Source: Marsupella aquatica (Eukaryota > Plantae > Marchantiophyta). Taken from it: a stretch of DNA of 64,000 bases. Positions within the stretch are counted from its first letter, which is position 1. The number at the start of each line of letters is the position of its first letter. Shown piece after piece: positions 13,556 to 26,171 of the stretch. Below the pieces are notes generated by a model. The model had not been told where the DNA came from. It saw only the letters and a program-made list of their open reading frames with translations, and ran no database searches. Both the position numbers and the translations under genes were made by a program. The DNA is taken from assembly GCA_973895155.1 (NCBI GenBank), contig OZ316892.1, positions 21,205,619 through 21,269,618 on the forward strand, written 5' to 3'.

Positions 13556-15108
13556 TAATTTTGTTCTCTTCCATTAACTAGTTTACCACCTAGCTATAGA
13601 CACCACTAGCCAGAATGCCGATGGTCATCGCTAAATATACGGAAATCTAATGGTCAGATATGGGAATAATAAACAGATTATGAATATCTTGGCATTTGTT
13701 CCTCAGGTGAGAAAATTAGATAATAAATATTAGTAGGTTTAGGTTCTGATCATTTATAGGTGCGAGTCCATATATATATGCCAAAGGACAAAAACACCAA
13801 ACCGGGAGAGGGTCCCAAATGCAAAGAAACCCAATAAGAGGTCTGCATCTTCTTAGTTTTCCTTCCACAGTCAAGGGCATTTTCCTTGATGGCATTTCCT
13901 GGGGAAAATGTTAGATATTGCTCTAGTCTTGTGACTCATGAGCTAACCACAGTTAGTCTAACTCGGGTTAGGACTTAACTAATGTTAGTGGTAGTGTTGT
14001 TGTGCATATATCCAGGGTTGATGCCAGACCCTGGTGGAACTTAGGCTCATTGTTACAGAGCTAGTTGAGAGATAGGGAGAGCTTGTGCTGTGAATGCTTG
14101 GTATGGCCGGTTGGCCTAGAGTGCAGTAAAGCTCTTGTGTGTTCCCATGGACGTAGCCTCATGTGGAGGTGAACCACGTATCTCTTTGTGTCGACTCTTG
14201 TGCGTTGGATGGTTCATGGGCTTTGCCGTTGCGAATGTCGTCTATGCTCAACAGAAAAATGATGGACACAGAAATCCTTGTCCGCACACCTATGTCTGGA
14301 CCTATGGCCAGGTAGTTTTGGAACATATTCTTTTTGCTTTCCTGCATACCTGAGATTTGAGAGTCCCACTTTTTTTCGAGGCTGCTATATGGTGGGATAC
14401 TCTTTGGCTATCTTGTCTCATCCAATTTGATTGAAATGTATTTTTATGTTAATTTGGCCTAGTCCATGCTTCAGCCATGTATTATTTACAATTTAGTCAT
14501 TTTTGGCAACCCCTTTAACTTTCTTAATTTCCTTAGGTTTTGTTAGGTCTCCTATATTTTTTAAACATTTTGAATAACATTTTGAGGGGCATATTTCTCT
14601 ACTTGCATGAGAAGGTGGACCCTTCAACCAAGCAACTAGTACACTATTCATTGATGAGTACACCTTATATTCCATTGCTTATAGTATTTACATTGTGTAT
14701 AGTTTTTTCATGATCAGGTGTCACCTAAATAAAGAGCCCAAATAAATCAGAAAATTAGGAAAAAAACAAAGTTCAGTAGTTCAGGCTCTTTGAATCATAA
14801 AGTGTTGTACTTATATAAGTACATTGACTAGTATCTACAAATTAATGCACATGTAATATTGTACCTTTTTCATTTTAAAAAAAATATATAGTTTTTTTAT
14901 TAACTTTCTTACAATCATTCTTTCAATACTTTTTTTTTCAAATTAAATTGTCTCCTTATTTCAATTCTTTTTTTTCAAATTGAAATGTCTCCTTATTTCA
15001 ATTCTTTTAGATAAGTCACAATAAGCATGTACTAGAATGAACATGCTATAATAAGGGAGGGAAGAGAATAATAAGGGAGGGAAGAGGAAGAGAAAAGGCC
15101 CCCAAATG

Positions 15109-16852
15109 ATTCAGGGAGACGAGTCCCTGCATTGTCATTCAATGCACCTCGATTCTCCTCCACAGCCCACCGGAATGCTCTCTCCATTTTGTGTCTCACT
15201 TCAGTTTCAGGCCAGCCCCATTTTTGGGTCCAAGTTCAGTTTTGAGGAGGGCACATATTTTTGAGTAGTTCTAATGCTTGACGCTAATAACTTATTCAAA
15301 AATAATGTACATTTATAATATCAAGTTTTAAAATATCAATATATTTTTTAATATAAAATAATTAGAAAGGATTAAATGGGAATGAGCATGGAGAATTTAT
15401 GCACAGAGGTAATGTGTGACCTAGGGTATTGGAGCTCAGTTGAGACTACGAAGTGGAGTGTTCAAGGCACACAAAGGGCAACTTTTCTTTTCTTTGATTG
15501 AGGGCATGGAAAGGAATGAACCCTAGAGGGGTGGGCGGGGTGTCTAATTGTATTTGAATATGGAAATGCTAAATGAGATATATATGGGGGGTTCAAGTAA
15601 TTTGGAGATAGAAAAAATAACAAAGGAGGCACCCATCAGAGCCAGGGATAAAAATTAAAATAATGTCCAAAACAATTGGACTTGGGGATATGGAACAAGG
15701 GGAGCCATATATAGCAGCAGCAGAACTTTTGAGGAGACATGATCACATAAAAAACCATTTATCACTCAATCACATATCTTTTCTACATACAAGGTTGGAA
15801 ATAGTCTAAGTTGGCTACCCTGGGAAACAACAGAGTCTACCAAAGGTGCTGTGCTTGACACGTTTGTCAAGACACTCAAAGAACTAGGAACCATGCTTGT
15901 ACCAATTCCTTGCAAACTTTCAAAACCCTGTCAGTTTGAGCACACTTCCCAATCCTGGCCTTGTCTTCTCTACCACATACTTTTGGACTCGCTTCATAGG
16001 GGCCTTCTGCTGGGTTGGTTTTTATGCTCTTTTCATAGGGCTTTCTTTTGTCTTACTGGTTTCTCAGCTTGTTGCACAATTAAGACCTTTCTTCTCCTTT
16101 CTCTGCTCAACACCACCTCTAATATTGTTTTCCTTTTGACCAGTTACTAACCTCTTTTGTTGGCTTCTTGTACTCACCTCTTTTGTTGGCTTCTTCCTAA
16201 AACTGAAAGCAGCTACCCCACCAGGAACATGATTGGCACCTCACAACAATGGGCAGGTACAAGAAACTAATAAAAGAGGTTGGTTTATCTCCCTGGCTCT
16301 GATGGGTGTCTCCTTGGTTAATTTTTCTATCTCCAAATTACTTGAACCCCCCATGTATATATATATATATATATCATTTCTGATTTCGATATTCAAATAC
16401 AATTAGACACCCCCCCCACCACCTCTAAGGTTCATTCCTTTCCATGCCCTCAATCAAAGAAAAGAAAAGTTGTCAGTCGTGTGCCTTGAACACGCCAAGT
16501 CGTAGTCTCAACTGAGCTCCAATACCCTAGGTCACACATTACTTCTGTGCGTCAATTCTCCATGCTCATTACCATTTAATCATTTATAATTATTTTAAAT
16601 TTTATATTAAAAATATATTGATATTTTTAAAATTGATATTATAGAACTTGTACATTATTTTTGAATAAGTTGTAAGGGTCAAGCATTAGAACCCCTCAAA
16701 AATTTGTGCCCTCCTCCAAACTGAATGGGGACACAAAAATGTGGCTAGCCTGAAACTGAAGTGAGACACAAAAATGGAGAGAGCATTCCAGTGAGCTGTG
16801 GGGGAGAATCGGGGCGCATTGAATGACAATGCAGGGACTCGTCTCCCTGAAT
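15109..16852. mobile_element. Non-autonomous foldback/MULE-like DNA element with ~540-bp terminal inverted repeats
   Basis: ATTCAGGGAGACGAGTCCCTGCATTGTCATTCAATGC... (15109-~15650) is the reverse complement of ~16285-16852 (...GCATTGAATGACAATGCAGGGACTCGTCTCCCTGAAT). It is flanked by the direct repeat CCCAAATG (15101-15108; 16853-16860), extendable to CCCAAATGAT. No coding core was found. Confidence 0.88.
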
Positions 16853-19148
16853 CCCAAATGATCCAAGAGGTGCAACACGTCAAGGGGCGGTCTCTTTCCA
16901 AATGGCTATGGTAAATGGTACCGCCGTGTGGCCTTCAGATCGAACCTGCACACCACGAAGGATTTTACGGACCACAATCAAGATCTGAAAGAGCGAGGAA
17001 GTGAGCAAATTCTGCATGCGATGCCCGCATGCTTGAAGCACCACCGGGCTTTAATGTCCAACGAGCATGCAGCAGGGCAGCCGGCGGGGGCGTCAGGCAG
17101 GTCGGCTGCAGCCATGGCGTTATTAGGGAGCTGTTACTTGTGGGTACGTTTCTGACTTTCTTCACTCTGACGCCAAGAAGCAAAAGTGCTCGAAGTGGTT
17201 GTTGGTCGCAGATTTACAGTACTTTGGTACTGAGTACTCTGATTCACCCACGTACTGAGCGGAAATGCAGACAGACAGACACAGCAGAGAGAATGCAGAC
17301 TTCAGAGGCAGAGTTAATGGCCGTATTCACAAGTCCACTTTGAATTCGAGCATCATGACTGTACATTACGGTTCGGTAGGTGTGATATTGCCACAATTTC
17401 CAGATCGATCAAGACCTTCGCGCATCTTCATGGAGACGGGATTGAAGCAGATTTTGGGGATTTGTTGCAGCCCGGTAAATTTGAAGCTTCAAGAAACTTG
17501 CCAACGTGGTGAAATGTACATCTTAAGGGGAGACATTAAATAATTTATCGTTGCTCATGGCGGGTTTTTCAATTGGGATGTGCCGCATTGTGTCCCTGCA
17601 GTGATCAATCCGAGGGATTCTGATTGGATTCATGTAATTCAATGAATACACATTTAAATCTGAATTGAGGAGGTGATCGATGTCAGCTGACTCCTCAACA
17701 GGAGGTTACATGAAATGTGTTCTCGACATTGAACATTTGTCCCAAGACCAAGTATAGTAGCCCAGCCTCTCCAGTTCTAAATGAGGGCGTGCAGCAATCA
17801 TCATGAACAGGGGCTGTTCGTTCGTTTGATCGTTTCCCTGTACCGTGACTCTCTAGTGAACAGTTCCGAGAAGGTTAATCCACCATAGCCACGGAATCAT
17901 GGATGCTGCCGTAGAAGTGAGGTGCTTTGACTACTCACTGTAGTTGGGGCGACGGCTAGACGATTGCCCAACTGGGGACAGCGTTTCCACGATGGAGAAG
18001 ACTACAGTACGCGAAATCACGTTAATAGTATACACTGAATAAGATTGCGGGACACAGCCTAGATCCGGTACATTGTCAACAATTGATGGTGTAATCCAGG
18101 GATCGAGCTGCAAGGGAATTGACTCTTAACAACTTTAATCATAGAAATTATAGAGGAACCGTTGACTATTTAATGAAACTTCCGGTTTGAATTCTATGGA
18201 ATCAGGACTTCCATGAGCGGAATCTGCACAAGCAACAGGACGTCACTTTAAAACTTACTTGGGAATGTCGTCACTGCTGAATCAAATCTTATTGATTGTA
18301 ACTGAATTACCCCAAGTGAACGTTCTCGGTTGATAGAAGGTTTCATAATTGAAAGCACTTTTGTATGCAACAGAATTGAATTCCACGAATTTCAAAGCAT
18401 GAGGGTTCGGGACATCAGGACCTGAGGAATTATGAACTTTCGGAGGTCTGTTCAAGTCCAAGGGTTCAAATTTGAGCTAAGAGTCAGTAGCGCACGCCAC
18501 TCTCCAGCTACTGTAGCGTTGTGGGCATCAAGTTTAGAACGTCAAAGCACTGTAAAAACTGACAAATTCCGGGCTTGAACATCGACACCCACGACGGAGC
18601 AACAGTTTTTATCAAAAGCTGCCATCAGGTACACTCACGCTGTCCTCGAACATGTGTTCTCAACCACTTGATTATTTCTTTTTAGCTACGTCAATTGAGC
18701 AAAATTCAGGTCCTGGATATAAAGTATTCAATTCACAGAAACATAAAGGAAACATCATTTCTCAACCTGATCAGGTACCGTTTTGGTACAAGGTTCTCTC
18801 AGATACTCTGCCAGGCCGATATTGTAAGGTCTTCACTCTGACTGTAACGTGGATTTGAATGTTTGTTTGCTCAATGATCAACACAGACCGATTATCTGCT
18901 AGCTTTCGAAACTTACTTCAAGAAACTAAATTAACATCCATTGGAAAGGTTTGTGAATACTAGACTAGAACTCTACTCTATCTAGATAAGTGCGCGCTGG
19001 CGATGGACATGCTGCACTTCTCATGCAAACGTGGGAACGATGGCCTGTAAGGCAAATCGATTCAGTCGAATGCAGCAGCACTTCTTAAGACTTCGAACAT
19101 CTCTATCTTGGAAACTTCCCCGGCGACGTAGCATTGCCAAGAGTACAC

Positions 19149-20390
19149 CTAAGATGGACACTTGGCAGACCTCAGTGTGTAGACAAACGGAGAATCGCAG
19201 CCTTGCTTGATGCCGAGGCTGGCAGCGAGGTCAAGGAACTTGTTCGTCACAGCTTGTGACAGGGAAGGACTCCTGGCCAAGACCCACAAGGTCTGATCAA
19301 CACCCCCGGTGAGTACATTGGAACAGCTGTACACAAGAGCAGCGTTGTATCCCGAGCTCGATGCTCCATCAACCGCCAGAATCCAATACGGGGCAGGGAA
19401 CAGCTTCCCTGGGACTGGAGTGAAGGTCACGCTGAGCTTGGCCGCGTCGCTCCCGTTGACACTGGCTGTGCCGGAGATCGAGGAAACATTGTAGAAAGGT
19501 TTCTCCGTATCTTTCAAGACGTCTGTTGCGGCTTTAGTCGATGCTGCCAGAGCAGTGGACATGGCTGCCACTTCACCTTGGATGATCTTTGCTCCCGCAA
19601 GGATCTCGGTCGCTGCATCAGTCAGGACCAGGGAGCGGCCCATGGCGTCGGCACCCTTTTGGAACAAGTCTTTGGCAACGTTGATGAGATCCATCTGTGC
19701 ATCGCTGATGGTCTGGTAAGTGCTGTCGACGGTCGTTACTTGTGAGCTCGCAAGGCTCAGAGTAGATTTCATCGATCCAACCACGGTAGACGCATCTCCA
19801 TCCATCTGAGAAAGTTGGGAATTCTGAGTCTGTATTTGGCTGACGTACGTGGAGAGCTGATCGAGCTGGGGCCCGAAATCTGTGGATGCTTGCTGGATCT
19901 TTGACGCGGCAGTGGACACTAGGCCAGCTTCTGTGGGGTATGGGTTAGAGATGTCTGATTGAAACTTCCAAACCTTGGACAACCCTTGGTTCAGAAGCGA
20001 GTCGGACGCACGGAGCTGCGAGCAGACACTCCGAGCTTGCTGGCAAACCATGGAGGACGAAGCGGAGATGCCACCCACTGCGGTGATTGCCATCGGCGTG
20101 GCCGTGAGGAAATTGCTGTTGACGACCTTGAGAGAGGATGAACTTTCCGCTGTGTACTGAGCTTCAGCACAGATTCCACCGGCTTCCATCAGATTCTTGA
20201 AACTGGCCGAGCTGCCGATCTCATACCATTTGCCGCCATACGCTGAGAGGTCGATTTGATTGTACGTGGAGACGTCTGGACAAGTAGAGATGGAGACGGA
20301 ATCGCCACAATAGTCGCAGCTGCCGGGATGGAAAAATATTTGAAGCACCAGCGCCACTCCAAACGCAAATTTCAAGATCGCAGACGCCAT
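19149..20390 (-). CDS. Secreted lipocalin (ApoD/Blc-like) with a ~210-aa helical insertion, 413 aa, intronless CDS
   Basis: Hydrophobic N-terminal signal peptide. SCR1 IDLSAYGGKWYEIG, SCR2 APYWILAVD...YNAALVYSC and SCR3 LWVLARSPSL are present, with ApoD-like cysteines. An Ala/Ser/Gln-rich heptad segment lies between LKVVNS and SISGTA. Confidence 0.85.
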   Translation of the reverse strand: MASAILKFAFGVALVLQIFFHPGSCDYCGDSVSISTCPDVSTYNQIDLSAYGGKWYEIGSSASFKNLMEAGGICAEAQYTAESSSSLKVVNSNFLTATPMAITAVGGISASSSMVCQQARSVCSQLRASDSLLNQGLSKVWKFQSDISNPYPTEAGLVSTAASKIQQASTDFGPQLDQLSTYVSQIQTQNSQLSQMDGDASTVVGSMKSTLSLASSQVTTVDSTYQTISDAQMDLINVAKDLFQKGADAMGRSLVLTDAATEILAGAKIIQGEVAAMSTALAASTKAATDVLKDTEKPFYNVSSISGTASVNGSDAAKLSVTFTPVPGKLFPAPYWILAVDGASSSGYNAALVYSCSNVLTGGVDQTLWVLARSPSLSQAVTNKFLDLAASLGIKQGCDSPFVYTLRSAKCPS

Positions 20391-23300
20391 TTCTTCTCCC
20401 CCACCAGCTAAATTGGCCTTCTACTACTGTGGTCAATCGACTGGATGTGTCCACACCGGTACCTGTGGAGCAATCCACAGCCCTCCTGTCAGATATGTGC
20501 AGCTTGTCTCTCTCAGAGGAATCGTGAAAAGACGAATTTCTACCACGATGCAAACAAATAATTGAGCTTATCAACGAACTGTTAATGGAACTGAAGAACG
20601 TTAACAAATATCTAAGAAAAACTACAAATAAAGCAACCTTTTGACTCTGAAGTGTCTTGGATTGCAGATTTGTGCAAGTGCTCGAACAACAAAATTTAAT
20701 CACTGTTGGCCTGACGTCTTTTCGGGAGAGTGATTCGAGGACTCTTTTCACAACGCCAGAAAGACAGAATTCAGTGTGAAACTCTCTCGGACCAAAAACT
20801 CTCAACGCAAGTTCCCCCCCGAAGCTGCTGTTACAAATCCTTTGAAGGAACGGAACACAGCAAAAAGCATGTGACGCTATAAAGACCCAATTTCTTCCAC
20901 TAACATTGTCTGTCACGACCCAAGGCCAACATAGAGCGCCATGAACAGCGTTTGAATCAGACATATCTTTCTCGAATCCGTGATTGATGCTCTAGAGCAG
21001 AGCCGCAATCCAATAGGCTGACTCGATCGACCTTCCGAGCTGTCCTGTCCTGTGAGCATGCATTGGGCTTCTAGGTGGGGAAAAGTATACGTACCAGAGA
21101 TCTCGCTGTGTTCAATGATGTACTTCTCGGAATTCGAGGCTGCTCTCCCGCGAGCTAGCTACCGAGTGAAAGGACGCTAAAAGTTCCGGCCGCAATTTCT
21201 GCCAAGCATGAGGGCTGGTGTTCTACGGTCCCCGAGTTCCCATGAGAATGGAATCGCTTGTTTATGCGTTCGTTCAGACTTCACGCGTTCTAGAATGTGT
21301 TAAATTGGTGAGCGATTTCGACATGACGGTATGTCAGTACGTGGACTTCATGAGAACGAACAATTATGTCTCACCAGATTCTTACGAAGTCGGGGCTTGG
21401 AGCATTGACTTTGGCAATGGAGCATTGAATGTTGGTACGGTGCAGTACTGTACTCGTCACCGCTCACATTCCTCAGTCCTCACAGCTAGCTCAGTGTGGT
21501 GCTAGATCAAAGTCCGACTGTGGTGAGTAGCACAACTCCTTCGAATGAACAACAATCCACTCTCTTGGATCTTTCAGCAGGGAGTTGACGGCTCAATATA
21601 GTTGGATTCATACGAACTGTGGTCTAATTTAGTACAGCTCACTAGGTGAAAGAAATTCTTCCTCAGTCATCACGGATCTCTGATCGCCAGTTCCCATCAC
21701 TGCAGAGAAAGGTCTGACGGGTGTCTCAATATGGGGGTGGTATGTAATGTACTTGGAGTACTGGAGAGTAGTGGAGTGACAATAACTGTAAGCAACGTAG
21801 AAAGAGTTTGAACCGCATTGCGCCGTTGCTTGCCAGGATTGGGGTAGCTCGATCTGCCATAAAGTGGCAGAGATCGCATTTACTGTAAGACACACCTACC
21901 AGTAGAACAACATCAGAGCTATAGCTAGTTACCGGTGAGCAGTCTATCTGATGTCATTTGCTTTGGCGTTGCATGCATGAATTGCGTTGCCGCCACGCAC
22001 CGCCGCAGGCCACAGGAGAAGGAATGAAGAAGCATGGAAAGAAAGGAGAAACCCCCAGAGTGAGAGCAAGAAAGAAAGCAAGCTATATTAGGCGAAGGAA
22101 TTATGAAGAAGCAAGAAAGGAGAAGCCTCCAGCGTGAGTGCAAGAAAGAAAGCAAGCAGCAAGAAAGAAAGTTTGAAAGAAACCGAGCATGATGCTTGCA
22201 GCGAACAGTCTAGCGGATCTTGGCTGTTGCTGTTGCAGTCAGTTGGGCAGATTTGCGGGTGGGATTGGAAGTTGACAATGGTGGACAGCATTCTTTCCTT
22301 AATTATGGAGCTTTCGGAATGAATGCATATTAGTGACTTGGGCAGGCTTGCCGGAGGGATTGGAAGTTGACAATGGTGGATTTATAGCATTCTTTCCGAA
22401 TGAATGGATACCCGCCTGCCTCTGCTCCTGGAAATTGACGCTTGGAATCTTGGACTAGTGTCTTCCTTAGAAACCCTTCCCCCCATAACAAGGCTGGTCC
22501 CTGTATCCAAAATGACGCATATAGGGTGTCCGCACTAATGAAAAGCTCAATGCAATAGTAGGGCCTCTCAAAGCATGAACATAACTAATTATGACTTGGC
22601 TGTAAGGACTGAGTTATGGGAAGGGAATAAAAGTTGCAGGAGGCCAAAATTGGCTTCCACAATAAAGTGCAGCGGCCACTGACCAAAACCCGTAACTTGG
22701 ACTCGGAGACTTTCAATCCCTATCATCACAACATTGCATCATCAACGGCAAATCACGGTGCAATATCTGAAAACAAGACATGGGTCAGCCTTGTTTTTTG
22801 GGGAAGACGGTAAGAGAATTCAATGCAAACAAACAACATGGAGAACAACAAGATGAGGGTACTAGAATGAAGAACAAAATTTAGATCATCTTGAGGCTAA
22901 TTAATGCTGGTTAGTATTGATTAGACCTAAAAACCTGGCCACTGCCTGCCTGTATGAGATTTAGGGTTTAGATCTACCTGTATGAGAGTCAGTGATACGT
23001 GTAAATACAAAACGTTTGTTCCATCAGCTGGTCCCAGGCTGGGTGGGAGAGCACCATAGTGGGGTCTGGCAGATCCTGCATTCAAAACCTGCTGATTCTG
23101 AAGCATTTTAACATGCACCCCAAGCACCCAAAAGTGGGGTTCAATCATACTAGTGACACTTGGACCAAATGTGGACTGGATGAGCAGCAAAAGCTGGCAG
23201 TTGTGTAAGGGAGGCTGCAACGTGCCTCGAGATTGCTTTACCTGCTCAGTGGTACTACAGTAGATTGGCATATTTATTGGGGAGTTGTTGCTCTCTTATA

Positions 23301-26171
23301 ATTTATTAAAAAATGAGGTAGATCAGAAATTGAAGCTCCCATACTACCCGCCATACTAATCACAATAAATTATATTTGACAAGATGCCAGAAAAAAATGT
23401 CGTAATTTACATGGGTGGCTCTGAAATTTACTGGGTCGATTTCTTCAAAGGGCATTGTTACATAGTAGAAATGTCCATTTTTGCGCAATTTATGGGTGTA
23501 GAACAATAGTTACTTGGACTATCAGAATGCTATGGTAAAATGTTATGGTCCATATGAGCATCAACTTGGGTAGAAGTACACCTTAACACATTTACTTAAA
23601 GTTAGGATGTTCATATGCCTAGTACACATGGCATTTTCATATACTCTTGGTGGTGATGCATGTACACCTAAGTATGGGGAATAATGTCCCCTCAAGTTTC
23701 ACTGGAAATTTTCATATGCAGACAATAAGAATGGATTGATTTCTTGCAATCGTGAATTCTGGATGACAAATAACAGGCCAAAAAATATGAACTGTTGCCA
23801 ACAAATCAACTACCAAGCATGTTAACATGATAGCTGTCTTGATTACCTCTCAAACCATCAAACCTCATTGACTGTGTAAAGAGATTCAGGATGGCTTTAC
23901 AAGACATCAGGGCCCATTTCCTTTGGAGATTAAATCTGGACCATAAAATGGACAATTTATATTTTTTGAAGTGTCTCTAAATTCTATGTTTTAAACCCTA
24001 AACTATAGGGGATCAGAGATGTAGCAGATCAGAGACATTATTTCAAATTTGTACTGTCTCACAGTCTGCGGTGTTGAATTCTAAACTATAATACAAGGTT
24101 GCGCCCTTTTATACCGTGGTCATCATTCAAATATAGAGTGTCCAAAAAAAGATTCCAGCAAAAGAGGAAGGAGTAAATAAAAGATAATAAAGTTTAGTGT
24201 GAATGAAAGGGGAAGGAACACGCAAAAAGGAAACAGTGAAATGAGACCATGAAAAAGGGAAATGATTAGTAAATAAGCCCATGCAAGCACAAGGATCAAT
24301 GTAGATCCCTCTACTTTCCATCAATGCATAAGTGAGAACAAGATGTTGTTTTCAATGCAAGTCAAAAAATGTGCTATGTATCTTCCATAGTTTTGTGATA
24401 AGTATCAAAAACTATAATACACTATGGCACCAATTTATACCATGGTAGTCTTTCATAATTGCCGGGCCATTTTGGGTGAAAAAATTCAAAACCAGAAAAA
24501 ATTGAACCAATAAAACCAAAAAAACTCAAGTGGAAACTCAAGCCGTCACTTGGATTGCAGTGCCGCAAAGTCAACACCAAGCCGCTGCAAGTCGCGCCCA
24601 CCCCGCCCCCCGGGCGGCCAGCCCTGCCCATGCTGACTGGCTGGCTGGCTTGGGGCAGGGCTGGCTGGCACTGCCCTCTGCCTCCCAGGCCCCCTTTTGC
24701 CTCCCCACCTTGCGGCCCCTCCTCCCGACTCCCTCCTGCCTCCCAACCCCGCTCTCCCCTTTTGCCCCGACTCCCCCTCCTTGCACTCCCCCACTCAACC
24801 CTAAAACCCTGCCTCGATGACCCACCCGATCCCCGCTCTCGCCCTTGCCTGGACTTGGTCTTGCCCTTGCCTGGACTCAGTCTCGCCCTTGGACTCTGTC
24901 TTGCGTGTTGGACTCGGACTCATGCCTAGACCGAGGACCAGGTCCCTACTGGGTTTTTTTGTCCTCGCGCATGGAGGCCGGCCTGAACAAAATACAACAA
25001 TCCTCTGCCCTAACTCATCTCCAAAATTATTGGAGTTTTGTCAGTTAACAACATATTTTACTTGACAACACCTTTTACTAACTATGTCTCATTACTTATC
25101 CACATATTTCAATTGGCGTAACCACATCTTTGACATAATGTCATCTTTTTTATACTTAACAACATTTTTTATGCCACAGTATTCTACCGATTAATAACAT
25201 CTTTTATGCCATGACATCTTTTACACAATGATATATTTTTACTTAACGACATCTTTTATGGAAAATTATACGCACAGGTATTGAGCTATTAACTTCTATA
25301 ATACAAGGATGCGCCTATTTTGCCATGGTCGTCATTCAAATTTGCAGGGCACAAAAAACAAGAAATCTGGTAGAAGGAAGGAACACAACTACATTATCAG
25401 GACTTTTTACGTGTTACATGAAGACATTAAGCCCGACGTCTCCTTGCTGCTAAAGAAAGGCGACATACTCGACGTGAATGACGGCATGTTTTGTATGAAG
25501 TAACAAAGGTTACAGTTTACATCTTCCAAAACTACGTTACATACGTCAGTCCATACTACGTTACATATTAATGTCGTAAATAAAGACGTTATTCTGGACG
25601 CAGATTGAACAGGGAAATCAGCTGATAACATCGTTTAAAACGACGTTAATTTCAGATTACGTAGTTTGTGACTTTGTTAATGATGAGTCTGTCCAGGACG
25701 TATGAGTAGTTAGTCGTGTGAGGCTTGGTAAAAATGGTGTTAACGAGAACGTTTGAAAATAGTACCAAGAATGGAGAGACGTGAATGGAGTGCCGTTTGT
25801 GGTAAACATTAATCTTGTATGGAACATCCTTCCAGGCTACCTTAGTTGGGTGGGCTTTAGGTTTAGGTTCATATACACACGGAATACACATAAATAGACA
25901 TATGAAGTCCGGAATGCCACTATAAATGGGTGGCGTCAAAAGTTTGTGCCAAAAATGTACAAAATGCAGGTGGACGTCCACCTAGTCATGCATGGTATAC
26001 CCTAATGCCGCTGAGAGCGGCTCCTATCACGTCCAGACCTGCGAACAGAAATACGTGGCGGTGCCTCCGACTGTTTGCCTCGGGGCCGCAACTCGTACCG
26101 AAGTGGATCCTCGTCTGAACTACTGCTACCAGACACCAACTCCACAGCTCCCTTGCCTCTACTCCTAGGGA

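Noticed and set aside
17300-18900. Possible minus-strand gene with splice-like sites
   Set aside because: The frames I tried contain stops and no recognisable motif.
20221-20964. 247-aa minus-strand ORF overlapping the lipocalin start
   Set aside because: Different frame, composition typical of intron/UTR (F/L/S/C-rich), no domain.
21925-22330. Purine-rich tract with AGAGTGAGAGCA reminiscent of miR156/529
   Set aside because: No full mature-miRNA match or hairpin. More likely a CT-rich 5'UTR/leader on the minus strand.
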